A stretch of 28,959 bases of DNA from a virus (lineage: Duplodnaviria; Caudoviricetes): IMG/VR virus record IMGVR_UViG_3300022173_000100, positions 1-28,959 of that record. One strand, given 5' to 3'. The translations under genes and the position numbers were made by a program. Of this stretch, positions 15,379-24,615 are shown in pieces; the stretch's first letter is position 1, and each line of letters begins with the position of its first letter. The notes beneath the pieces were generated by a model. It did no database searches and was not told the origin of the DNA. It was given only the letters and a program-made list of their open reading frames with translations.

Positions 15379-17757
15379 ATGGAAAAAATTTATAACGTAC
15401 AAACTGGTCTACCAGAAGAATTGACGTTAGATAAAGTTCCTCAGGCTTTACAGTCTGGAACTCATGCATTTAAAAAAGGCACTAGAGTTGATGTGCTTGA
15501 TCCAAGTGGTGAATCATACTCTTTAGATGTTTCTGAATTAAATGATGCTGTTGCAAATGGTTGGAAATTAGAATCCGATGATGATAAGGCTATTAGACAA
15601 GCGGTTAAAAATAATTCAGGGTTTATTGGTGGATTAAAAGTTGGAGTAGGGCAAGCAATTGATGAGACTTTTCTTGGAATTCCAGAAGATATTTATGATG
15701 CAACTGCTAATCCATTAGATGTTGCAAAAAAAGATGCAATAAAAAATGCACATAGTACTTTTAACGCTATTGGAGGCACCGCTGGATTTTTATCTTCGTT
15801 TGCAAATCCAAGTACTGCTGCAGGACGAATCGCTCTTCCCGCTACTCAATTAATTAAAGGAGCTACTAAAGCAGGTGTAGCTGTAGAAAAAAAAATAGCT
15901 GAAGCGGCTGGAAAAACTTTAGGAGAAGGTGTAATTGCAAAAGCTGCTCCTAAAATAGCTGGCTCAGCAGCTGAGGGTGTGGCATTTACTGCTCCTATTG
16001 CTGTAACTGAAGCAATGTTAGGAGAACCAGATAAAGCTGCTGAAACATTATTGGCTGGTGGATTATTTGGTGGGATTTTTGGAGGTGCTATTGAAGCAAC
16101 TAAACCACTGGTTAAGCTTGGAAAAGATAAATTAGAAAATTTTGCAAAAATTAAATCTTTTGACGAAGATTCCGCTCTTAACGCTTTAAACTTGACCCCA
16201 TCTCAAAAATTTAAACTTCAGGATACTGCTCCAGATGTAGTTGAAAAACTACCAAATGTTATGCGAGCAATTACAAAAGATGATCCCGGTCTACTGTTTA
16301 ATCTTCCAAAGCTTCAACAGAAATTTTCGGAAGTCAAAGCTGTTGCTGGTAAGGGGATTGGTACAATCATAGATGATGCTCATGTTTTAATAAAAGATAA
16401 ATTAAAATTTGCAGATGATGTAACTAAATCTAATATAGAAAATTTAGGATATGATTTTAAAAATTTAGTAACTAAAATAGATGATTTTACTGAAAAATTT
16501 AAAGGTGATCCAAGATACAGTTCTTACTTAAAAGAAGTTGATGGTGAGATTTCCTATTTAAATAAGCTAATGAAAGATAATGCAATTAATGCAAAGAGTA
16601 CAGATTTAAGATTTATTAGAGATTACCAAACTCGCACTGGTGATTTAGTTAAGTACGATAGGGCTGCTAATAAAGTTGATATTGCTTCTGATGTTAGAAA
16701 GTTGATTGATAAAGATATTCAGAATTACCTTAAAGATGATTTGCCTAAACTAATTGAAATTGTTGATCCAAGTGCTAAATCTAAGATTGAAATGTTTAAA
16801 CAATATAACGACCAATACCGAGTTGCAAAAACAATTGAAAAGAATTTAAAGCAAGCCGCGTCAAAAGAACAAGCCGCTCCATTTTTAGGATTCAGAGATT
16901 TACTTGCTGGAGCTACCGGAGGTAGTGTTGGTGGTTTACTAGGTGCCGCAGTAGGTGTTGGTGCTAAAAGAATTATGGACTATGGTAAACGCGCTTATGA
17001 AGTTGGTGGCATTTTATCTGCTAATGAAAAAATTAAATCTGTTGTTAAAAAAATGGAATCAATTCCAGCGGCTTTAAAGTCTTACGAAAAACCCGCTAAA
17101 GCAATGACAACCTTATCAATTGCCAATATAACAGGAAATAAAGAAGATGATAATTTTGATAAGTTATCACAAAAACTTTATGCGTTTGCTAATAACCCTC
17201 AAAACAATGACTTAACAAATGCTCTAGATGCTATGGGAGAAACAGGTGCACCACAATTAGCTGAAGCTACAAAGCTTAAAGCAGTTGAAGCCGCTCAATA
17301 TTTAATTAGTGTTATACCTAAACCACTGACGCCAAACAATCCGCTAATAAAAGGCAAAACTTACAAACCATCTGATATGGAACTAAATAAGTTTAAACGT
17401 CAAGTTAAAACAGCATTAGACCCATTTTCAGCAATTGAAGATTTAAACAATAATAGTCTAACTGTTGAACAGGTTGAGGTGTTGGCAAACGTTTATCCAA
17501 AAATTTTAGAAGATATTAGGTTTCAGGTACAAAGTGCTGTACAAGACAATCCGTCGCAAATACCGTATAATAAAAGAATAAAACTATCGTTATTATTAGG
17601 AATGGACTTAGATCCGTCTTTAAATCAAGAAACGGCAGCTATAATTATGAGTCAGCCAGGACAAGAGCAGGCAAACCCGCAACCCCAAGGTAATCCAAAC
17701 GCCAACTTTACATCTTATCCTAGTGAAAACCAACGAATACAGAACGACATAAAATAG
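15379..17757 (+). CDS. Large internal virion/ejection protein
   Basis: 792 aa, helical, Gly/Ala-rich hydrophobic segments (GGLFGGIFGGA; GGSVGGLLGAAVG). Confidence 0.7.
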   Translation: MEKIYNVQTGLPEELTLDKVPQALQSGTHAFKKGTRVDVLDPSGESYSLDVSELNDAVANGWKLESDDDKAIRQAVKNNSGFIGGLKVGVGQAIDETFLGIPEDIYDATANPLDVAKKDAIKNAHSTFNAIGGTAGFLSSFANPSTAAGRIALPATQLIKGATKAGVAVEKKIAEAAGKTLGEGVIAKAAPKIAGSAAEGVAFTAPIAVTEAMLGEPDKAAETLLAGGLFGGIFGGAIEATKPLVKLGKDKLENFAKIKSFDEDSALNALNLTPSQKFKLQDTAPDVVEKLPNVMRAITKDDPGLLFNLPKLQQKFSEVKAVAGKGIGTIIDDAHVLIKDKLKFADDVTKSNIENLGYDFKNLVTKIDDFTEKFKGDPRYSSYLKEVDGEISYLNKLMKDNAINAKSTDLRFIRDYQTRTGDLVKYDRAANKVDIASDVRKLIDKDIQNYLKDDLPKLIEIVDPSAKSKIEMFKQYNDQYRVAKTIEKNLKQAASKEQAAPFLGFRDLLAGATGGSVGGLLGAAVGVGAKRIMDYGKRAYEVGGILSANEKIKSVVKKMESIPAALKSYEKPAKAMTTLSIANITGNKEDDNFDKLSQKLYAFANNPQNNDLTNALDAMGETGAPQLAEATKLKAVEAAQYLISVIPKPLTPNNPLIKGKTYKPSDMELNKFKRQVKTALDPFSAIEDLNNNSLTVEQVEVLANVYPKILEDIRFQVQSAVQDNPSQIPYNKRIKLSLLLGMDLDPSLNQETAAIIMSQPGQEQANPQPQGNPNANFTSYPSENQRIQNDIK

Positions 17758-17761
17758 TAAG

Positions 17762-17802
17762 AAATCCCAGATAAGGTATAAATCTACGCCCTATAAAGGC
17801 GT
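17762..17802 (+). promoter_or_regulatory. Putative late promoter motif, copy 4, plus hairpin
   Basis: AAATCCCAGATA then ACGCC-N7-GGCGT. Confidence 0.7.
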
Positions 17803-17823
17803 TTGCCTTATAAGGGGGATGTC

Positions 17824-18174
17824 TTGTCACGAAAAAACGTTATTTACGGTTATTTAGCATTTGATGCGGTTAGTATTGGTGCATCTCAGACATCCTCTGA
17901 AATTGAAGTTGGCGGCGAAGATTACGGATCAATATACCTATTTTGGACTGGTTCATCTCCAGTAGGAACTTTAGAAGTTCAAGCCAAAAACGGTGCAAAC
18001 GGAACTTATCGCGCTTTAGATTTTGGATCAACTATCTCAATTTCTGGAGCAAGTGGAAATCACGACCTTATCCTCAATGAGCTTCCTTTTACACATTTAA
18101 AACTGGTTTATACTAGAAGTTCTGGAACTGGATCACTAACAGCAAATGTTACGTTAAAATCGAAGGGAGCTTAA
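17824..18174 (+). CDS. Small beta-sandwich virion protein
   Basis: AAGGGGG SD at 17812-17818 fits TTG 17824 (MSRKNV...) better than 17803. Confidence 0.7.
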   Translation: MSRKNVIYGYLAFDAVSIGASQTSSEIEVGGEDYGSIYLFWTGSSPVGTLEVQAKNGANGTYRALDFGSTISISGASGNHDLILNELPFTHLKLVYTRSSGTGSLTANVTLKSKGA

Positions 18175-18175
18175 T

Positions 18176-18463
18176 ATGAGTACATTCATATATCCCCAAA
18201 CCGCTGCAGCTTCTGGTGGAGCTACTGAAGTAACAGTTGATGCAATACTTACTCAGGTTGAAGAAATAAATGCAAGGGTTGGCGGATCTTTTGTAGCTGA
18301 AGCTTTTGATTATATCGCTCTAACTTATGTAGCTTCTGGAAATGGCGTTGGTGAAATTGAGACCGCAGTATACAAAACTGGTGGGTCTGGTGGAACTACA
18401 GTTGCTACTCTAACTTTAGCATACGATGGAAGCAATCTCTTATCATCCGTAACTAAGAGTTAA
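18176..18463 (+). CDS. Small tail-associated protein
   Basis: AGGGAG SD; YKTGGSGGTTVATLTLAYD..NL motif. Confidence 0.7.
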   Translation: MSTFIYPQTAAASGGATEVTVDAILTQVEEINARVGGSFVAEAFDYIALTYVASGNGVGEIETAVYKTGGSGGTTVATLTLAYDGSNLLSSVTKS

Positions 18464-18465
18464 TT

Positions 18466-20397
18466 GTGGGAACTAAGTTTAATCCGTTTACCTCAAATTT
18501 TGATATTGTACTAGACAAAGCTTCTCAAATTATAAATGTTCCAGCTGGTAGTATTGCAGCTACTAATGTACAAGCTGCTATCAACGAATTAGACACAGAA
18601 AAACAACCTACTGGTAATTATATAACCGCTTTAACTGGGGACGTAACCGCATCCGGTCCTGGATCAGTAGCGGCAACTATTGCAACTGACGCAGTTACTC
18701 CAGAAAAATCTTCTGCGAAAGTTAAATTAAGTCTATCATCCGGGATTATTTCCGGAGGAGCTGTCACAATCAATGCTGATCCCACAAAGATTGATGTCGC
18801 TTCTGGTACGGGAATGATTATTGATGATTGGACTACTCCAACTGCTCCTGTAGTTTACAACGTTTCATGGTCAACTCAAACTGGAGTTACCGTAACTAAC
18901 TTAGGAACTTCTCCACAATCTTTTATAGCTATAGACACGGCTGGAACTATTACTCAATATACGTCATTTCCAAGTAATGAAGTTCTTCGGAGTGTGATTC
19001 TTTTAGCACAACTTGGACATGCTAACTTAACTACAGTAAATGCTGTTACTCCTAGGTATTCAGTAGCCGCATCCCCTATATCTCAACTTAGAGATTTAAT
19101 ACAAGAATTTAATTTAATTTCAGATGGGAATATTATATCTGCAAATGGTGCTAACTTAAATATAAATAAAAGTTCTGGATATATTTTTGGAATGGGAGTT
19201 AATTACACAACTAATGATGCTGACCCAAATAGGATTGTTACAGGGTCGGCTACCGCCGCAACTTTCACATATCGCACTCAAACTGGAAATGGTTCTTCTG
19301 GTAATACTGCAATTGATCCAGCTAATTACGATAATGCCGGAACTATTACTCCAGTTGGTGGCGGATCTAATGCAACAACAAATCAACGAATTTATTTAAA
19401 CGCACTAAATAATCTTGTTATTCAATATGGACAAACCGTTTACAGTTCTTTATCTGCAGCAATTCAAGGTATCCAAACAGAATCCTTTACAACATTTTCA
19501 AACGTAACAGACAACTCAGTTTTAATTGGGATTCTTTCTGTTGTAAAAACAGCTACAGATTTAAGTAATACATCACAAGCTAGGTTTATTCGAGTTGGTA
19601 GATTTGGGGATACAGTAGGAGCGGCTGCAGGATCTTCTACTACAAATTTACAACAAGCATATGATAATAGTGTAACTCCAGAAGTACTAACCGACTCAAC
19701 TAGAGGTGCTTTAACTATTAGGCGCGGAAGTGCGGCTGATACAGACACTGTTTTTGAAGGGATGAACAATGCAAGCTCTGTTACTTTTTCTGTAACTGGA
19801 AACGGCGTAATTCAATCTGCAGCCTTAACAGCAAGTCAAATAGTTTTAACTGATGCTAGTAAAAATCTAGTATCAAGTGGAACCTTATCAGTTGCTTTAG
19901 GTGGTACTAACTCTAGCACTGCATTAAACAATAATCGTGTTATACAATCATCCGCAGGTGCAATAGTTGAGGCGGCGGCGATTACGGCTTCTAGAGCTTT
20001 AATTTCAGATGCTAACGGCATACCAACACACGCCACCACTACCTCAACCGAGATTGGGTATGTTAACGGCGTAACTTCTGCAATTCAAACACAATTAGAT
20101 GCTAAACAAGCAAAACTTCGTACAATTGTTAACGTTAGTTCAGATGTAACTCTTACTACAAATGCTATTCATTTAGTAAGTACAGCGGCGGCGCGTAGTT
20201 TAACGTTACCATCTCCAGTGTCTGGAACAGAAATAATTATAAAAGATGTAACTGGTAGCGCAAACGTAAATAATATTACAATTGTACGTTTTGGGTCTGA
20301 AACCATTGAAGGCGTAGCGGCAAGTTACACAATGGATCAAACTTATCAATCAATTACTTTAGTAGCTGATGGCTCTGGAAATTGGTGGGTAATCTAG
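18466..20397 (+). CDS. Tail fibre protein
   Basis: T/S/A/G-rich; ATNVQAAINELD, LTGDVT, GGT, LGYL-like GYVNGVTSAIQTQLD motifs; C-terminal hub domain. Confidence 0.85.
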   Translation: MGTKFNPFTSNFDIVLDKASQIINVPAGSIAATNVQAAINELDTEKQPTGNYITALTGDVTASGPGSVAATIATDAVTPEKSSAKVKLSLSSGIISGGAVTINADPTKIDVASGTGMIIDDWTTPTAPVVYNVSWSTQTGVTVTNLGTSPQSFIAIDTAGTITQYTSFPSNEVLRSVILLAQLGHANLTTVNAVTPRYSVAASPISQLRDLIQEFNLISDGNIISANGANLNINKSSGYIFGMGVNYTTNDADPNRIVTGSATAATFTYRTQTGNGSSGNTAIDPANYDNAGTITPVGGGSNATTNQRIYLNALNNLVIQYGQTVYSSLSAAIQGIQTESFTTFSNVTDNSVLIGILSVVKTATDLSNTSQARFIRVGRFGDTVGAAAGSSTTNLQQAYDNSVTPEVLTDSTRGALTIRRGSAADTDTVFEGMNNASSVTFSVTGNGVIQSAALTASQIVLTDASKNLVSSGTLSVALGGTNSSTALNNNRVIQSSAGAIVEAAAITASRALISDANGIPTHATTTSTEIGYVNGVTSAIQTQLDAKQAKLRTIVNVSSDVTLTTNAIHLVSTAAARSLTLPSPVSGTEIIIKDVTGSANVNNITIVRFGSETIEGVAASYTMDQTYQSITLVADGSGNWWVI

Positions 20398-20398
20398 T

Positions 20399-21052
20399 AT
20401 GAATGTTTACTGTATTACATTTCCAAATAATAAAAAATATGTTGGAATTGAAAGTCATACAGGTGTTCGCAAGAGACAGCATAGTAAATGTTATTATAAA
20501 AATATGTTAGTTACAAAAGCTATTTTAAAATATGGCTGGGAAAATTGCAATTTTAAATATTTAATATCTAATGCACCAAGTGAAACTTGTTATTATTTAG
20601 AAAAAAAATTAATAAAACTATGGAATTTGCAAGATAGAAATTTTGGATATAACATATCTTGTGGTGGTGAAAAACCGGCGCTTGGTGTCAAAAAATCTAA
20701 AGAAACTATAGAAAAGTTAAAAGTTGCAAGATCAAAATATAAATTAACTAAAGACTGGAAATTAAATATAGCAAAAACTCTTACAAATAAAAAACATACA
20801 GAAACTAGAAGAAATAATCAAGCTTTGGCAAAAGGAGCAAAACCTTTTTATGCAGTTAAAGTTGTAGATAATAAAATTGTAGAGTATTTAGGTCCTTTTA
20901 TCTCTAAAGGCATTTGCGCAGGGGTTATAGGTGGAATTAGTTCTAAAATTAGTCTTTGTTTGCGTGGGATTAGAAAAACTCATAGTGGATACGTTTTTTC
21001 ATATAAAAGCCCAGATATATTGAATATTACAGGCGGAAACGCCCACGGTTAA
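20399..21052 (+). CDS. GIY-YIG homing endonuclease (free-standing)
   Basis: VYCITFPNNKKYVG, AILKYGWENC, GYNI..GG, NUMOD3-like KKSKETIEKL/KKHTETRR, NUMOD1-like ISLCLRGIRKTHSGYVF; more AT-rich than its flanks. Confidence 0.92.
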   Translation: MNVYCITFPNNKKYVGIESHTGVRKRQHSKCYYKNMLVTKAILKYGWENCNFKYLISNAPSETCYYLEKKLIKLWNLQDRNFGYNISCGGEKPALGVKKSKETIEKLKVARSKYKLTKDWKLNIAKTLTNKKHTETRRNNQALAKGAKPFYAVKVVDNKIVEYLGPFISKGICAGVIGGISSKISLCLRGIRKTHSGYVFSYKSPDILNITGGNAHG

Positions 21053-21059
21053 TAGCCGT
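21006..21059 (+). promoter_or_regulatory. Putative late promoter motif, copy 5, plus two hairpins
   Basis: AAAGCCCAGATA; GGCG-GAAA-CGCC; ACGGTT-AAT-AGCCGT. Confidence 0.65.
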
Positions 21060-21076
21060 ATAATAAGGAGTCCAAG

Positions 21077-23083
21077 ATTAGTTACGTAGGAAACAACCCC
21101 AAATTTACAACCCAGCTTTACCGCCCTCAATCAGCTGATCCATCTAACCCTGCAGAAGGGATGGTTTTTCGTTCTGACGGTACTTCACGTTCTAAAGGTC
21201 TATGGGAATACAGAGAAGGAAACTGGCAACGATTTGGTTCAGATGCTAAGACTTATATAGCAAACTACAACATCGATTCCTCAACTACTTCGTGGGCTAC
21301 CTATGCGGACGCGGCTGGTGTGGTTCCTGTAAATGGAACTGGCGGCGTTGCTACAACAACTTTTACTTTTTCAAGTTCAAGTCCATTACGTGGATCTGGA
21401 TCAGGTATAATCACTAAAGATGCTGCTAACCGCCAAGGCGAAGGTATCAGTACAGATTTTACAATCGACACGGCTGATCAAGGTAAAGTGTTACAGCTTT
21501 CGTTTGATTTTACAACTTCAAGTGCGTATGTTGCAGCCGATTATCGTGTGTTTTTATACGACGTTACAAACTCTCTTCTTATTGAAGGTAATGCAAGAGA
21601 CTTGCAGGCAAACGCTGGGTATGGATTGTACATCGGAAACTTCCAAACCTCCTCAAACTCAACATCATATCGTTTAATCCTTCACTGCGCAAGCACAAAT
21701 GCTAGTGCTTATACTATTAAAGTTGATAACTTTATTTTATCACCAAGCCAAGTTTCTCAAGGTGCAATTGTTACTGATTGGCAATCTTACACACCAACTG
21801 GTTCATGGTCTGCAAACACAACATATACTGGAAAATATCGAAGAGTGGGGGATTCTCTAGAATTAGATATAACAGTTAGTACTTCTGGAGCGCCTACCGC
21901 TGCAAATTTAACTGTTAATTTACCAACTGGTTTTGTAGTAGACACAACAAAAATATCAAACAGTGGAGCGGTAAATATTTTTGGCGGTGGTACGGCTAGA
22001 GATTTTGGTGTAGATAATTACTTAGTGTACGCTGGGTATAACTCAACAACAAGTATTGCAATTTATAAAGATGATGGAGATGGTACATATTCTAACGTTA
22101 GTAACACAGCCCCATTTACTTTTGGCGCTAGTGATTCCGTATTAGTTAGAGGGATAAGTATTCCAATAGTTGGGTGGTCCTCCTCAATAACCGTGCCATC
22201 GCAACAAACCAATCAAGTTATTGTATGTAGAGCGTACAGAGCCTCATCAAATCAAACTATATCATCAACTTCTGCAACAACTGTAGTATTTAACACCGTT
22301 GAAAGTGACTCGGCTGGAGGATTTAACACTAGTACTGGAACGTACACAGTTCCTGAAGCTGGATTTTATTTTATCTCTGCTCAATTATATTTAACAAGTT
22401 ATACATCTGCAGAAAAAAATACTATAAGAATTGCTGTTAATGGAGGGTCGGTTGCAATTAGAGAAGCTACTGCAGATTCTACTTCGTGGATGAATAACAT
22501 AGTATGCGTACAATATTGTAGCAAAGGAGACGCAATAACTGCTTCTTCTCAATCTGCAGCCGACACTTCTTATGATATTCAAGCAAATCAAGGTGGATCG
22601 GCAATTTATATTGCTAAAATTCAAGGTAATCAAACCATTGGAATGGACGAAGTTGTAGCTTGTGAATACACGACAGATGCTGGGCAGAATATAAATACAG
22701 GAGCTACAGGTGCTGTAATCGTTTGGGACGATAGAGTGTATGATACCCATTTAGCGATGAATTCTAGTACAGGAGTGTGGACTTGTCCAGTCGCCGGTAA
22801 ATATTTGATTTCATACAAATTTTTATGGGGTGGAACTACTGCCTGGGAATTAGGAGAATCTAGTATTGGAGAAATTGAAAAAAACAGTACTTCTGTAATT
22901 ATTGATGATTATTTTGTTTTTACCTCAGCCTCCTCTATAAGAATTGGAAATAAAGATTCAATTGTTTTAGATTTAGCTAAAGGTGACACAATCGGTATTA
23001 GAGCAAAACAAGATTCCGATTCTACTCAAAATTTAACAGCTGATGGTAAGAAAAACGCAATCTCAATAGCAAGGATTAAATAA
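21077..23083 (+). CDS. Tail fibre/receptor-binding protein with tandem C1q-like domains; probable ATT start
   Basis: AAGGAG at 21065-21070, in-frame ATT 21077 giving MSYVGNNP; DWQSYTPT..GKYRRVGD module; two F/W..D....FNTSTG.YT.P..G.Y repeats. Confidence 0.85.
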   Translation: MSYVGNNPKFTTQLYRPQSADPSNPAEGMVFRSDGTSRSKGLWEYREGNWQRFGSDAKTYIANYNIDSSTTSWATYADAAGVVPVNGTGGVATTTFTFSSSSPLRGSGSGIITKDAANRQGEGISTDFTIDTADQGKVLQLSFDFTTSSAYVAADYRVFLYDVTNSLLIEGNARDLQANAGYGLYIGNFQTSSNSTSYRLILHCASTNASAYTIKVDNFILSPSQVSQGAIVTDWQSYTPTGSWSANTTYTGKYRRVGDSLELDITVSTSGAPTAANLTVNLPTGFVVDTTKISNSGAVNIFGGGTARDFGVDNYLVYAGYNSTTSIAIYKDDGDGTYSNVSNTAPFTFGASDSVLVRGISIPIVGWSSSITVPSQQTNQVIVCRAYRASSNQTISSTSATTVVFNTVESDSAGGFNTSTGTYTVPEAGFYFISAQLYLTSYTSAEKNTIRIAVNGGSVAIREATADSTSWMNNIVCVQYCSKGDAITASSQSAADTSYDIQANQGGSAIYIAKIQGNQTIGMDEVVACEYTTDAGQNINTGATGAVIVWDDRVYDTHLAMNSSTGVWTCPVAGKYLISYKFLWGGTTAWELGESSIGEIEKNSTSVIIDDYFVFTSASSIRIGNKDSIVLDLAKGDTIGIRAKQDSDSTQNLTADGKKNAISIARIK

Positions 23084-23084
23084 T

Positions 23085-23426
23085 ATGTATCAAGTAAATA
23101 TAAAAAATGTAGAAAAAGATCTATCATGGTCTGCCCAGTTTGAATCAAAGGAATTGGCGCAAGAATGGTTAGATAAACAAATTGGAAAGCCAAATCGATT
23201 ACCACAACGTAAAGTAATAGTCGATGAAGTTGAAGTAGAGATGCCTTCTGAGTTTACTTCGGAAATTTTAGATATCTCTGAAATGGTAGCTTTATCTAAA
23301 GCTAAATTAGAAGCAAAACAATACCTTGCAAGTTCGGATTGGTATGTTATCCGTTTTATGGATTCTGGTGTAGAAATTCCATCTGATGTAAAACAAAAAC
23401 GTGAAGAAGCGAGAAAACTATTATGA
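23085..23426 (+). CDS. Tail fibre assembly/chaperone-like protein
   Basis: AKQYLASSDWYVIR...GVEIP..V..KR..AR C-terminal motif; follows the fibre. Confidence 0.7.
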   Translation: MYQVNIKNVEKDLSWSAQFESKELAQEWLDKQIGKPNRLPQRKVIVDEVEVEMPSEFTSEILDISEMVALSKAKLEAKQYLASSDWYVIRFMDSGVEIPSDVKQKREEARKLL

Positions 23427-24046
23427 GAATTTATAATGACACAATATTTGACTTAACAAATAATACTTACACCCAAACGTCCGACCCTATAACGGTTGAG
23501 CATATGGGTGGATATTGCTACGCCTCAAACTTTACTGTAGCTGCATTAACAAATAAAACGTTTGTTGATGCGGATGTAAATGTTGGAACGGATCTAATTA
23601 CAATCGCGAGCCACGATTTAGTAACTGGTCAAGCGTTTACTTTAACTACTACGGGCGTATTACCCGATGGATTAGCTTTAGCGACAACATACTACGCAAT
23701 TGTAGTATCATCTTCTACATTTAAAGTAGCTTCCTCTGTAGCAAACGCAATAGCTGGAACCGCGGTTGATATTACAGCGGCTGCAGGCGGCGGAACTCAT
23801 ACAGTTGCAAAAACTGCAATTTCTGGAGCCTCTCTCAAAGTTCAATTTTCATTAGACTATAATCCAAATTTTCCTGCTACTGGAACTTGGTTTGATTTAA
23901 CTTCTGGATCAGACAACATTACTGCTACTGGATCAATTCAAGCAAATAAAGCTGATGTATACTATCCGTGGATTAGATTTGTCTTAACTCAGCCAAGCGG
24001 GATTCTATCTAGTTTTGTTTTATTTTTCAACGCTAAAGGATTTTAA
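23423..24046 (+). CDS. Virion structural protein with inserted HGL..G-type beta domain
   Basis: ITIASHDLVTGQ...LPDGL...TTYY.I......FKVA insert; flanks resemble ORF 17824. Confidence 0.65.
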   Translation: MRIYNDTIFDLTNNTYTQTSDPITVEHMGGYCYASNFTVAALTNKTFVDADVNVGTDLITIASHDLVTGQAFTLTTTGVLPDGLALATTYYAIVVSSSTFKVASSVANAIAGTAVDITAAAGGGTHTVAKTAISGASLKVQFSLDYNPNFPATGTWFDLTSGSDNITATGSIQANKADVYYPWIRFVLTQPSGILSSFVLFFNAKGF

Positions 24047-24058
24047 TCGGTGTAAGAC

Positions 24059-24331
24059 ATGGATGATTTCAGAAAAGAGTTAAAAGAAATTCGTGAAAGT
24101 CAAATTCGAATGGAATCCGATCTAAAATATCACATTCGTCGTACAGATTTATTAGAGAAAGATGTTGAAGTTAGGTCTATTGCTTTAAAAAATGAAGTGG
24201 ATCGAATTGATAAAAATGTGATTGAGTTAGGGAAACCAATTGCTTTTACGGACGTGCTAAAAATTGCCGCAACCGTTGCCGCGCTTGTTTCCTCAATATT
24301 AGTCGCGCTTAAACATTTTAAAGGGCTTTAG
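24059..24331 (+). CDS. Holin/XhlA-like membrane protein
   Basis: N-terminal coiled coil plus C-terminal TM helix. Confidence 0.55.
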   Translation: MDDFRKELKEIRESQIRMESDLKYHIRRTDLLEKDVEVRSIALKNEVDRIDKNVIELGKPIAFTDVLKIAATVAALVSSILVALKHFKGL

Positions 24332-24333
24332 TC

Positions 24334-24615
24334 GTGGAAAAGATAAAAGAACTTTTTCGTAAGATGAATGAACACGGCATAGCTTTACCTATGATCCGTG
24401 TAGATGGCAAACCCTCAATTACCGCTACTTTTGCTTTTATCTCATTTAACACTGCATTATTTGGTCAAATTGGTAAAATTGCTAACGTATTTGGAGCTAT
24501 CGATCTTGACGCTGCCAACTATTTATTTTTTGGTTGTCTGTTTGCATACTTAGGTAGACGTATGACCGCCGAAAAAGGTAAGATTGAAGTTAGTGATAAG
24601 TCGGAGGCTCCGTGA
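24334..24615 (+). CDS. Holin-like membrane protein
   Basis: Two hydrophobic segments (after GKPS; YLFFGCLFAYLGRR), charged tail. Confidence 0.6.
   Translation: MEKIKELFRKMNEHGIALPMIRVDGKPSITATFAFISFNTALFGQIGKIANVFGAIDLDAANYLFFGCLFAYLGRRMTAEKGKIEVSDKSEAP

Noticed and set aside
17007-17022. TGGCAT-N5-CTGCT sigma54-like site
   Set aside because: Inside a CDS, weaker -12 box, about 800 bp from the next start; plausible by chance
20398-21076. Intron joining the two fibre genes
   Set aside because: The upstream fibre ends in a complete domain, the downstream gene has its own SD, and no ribozyme core is visible
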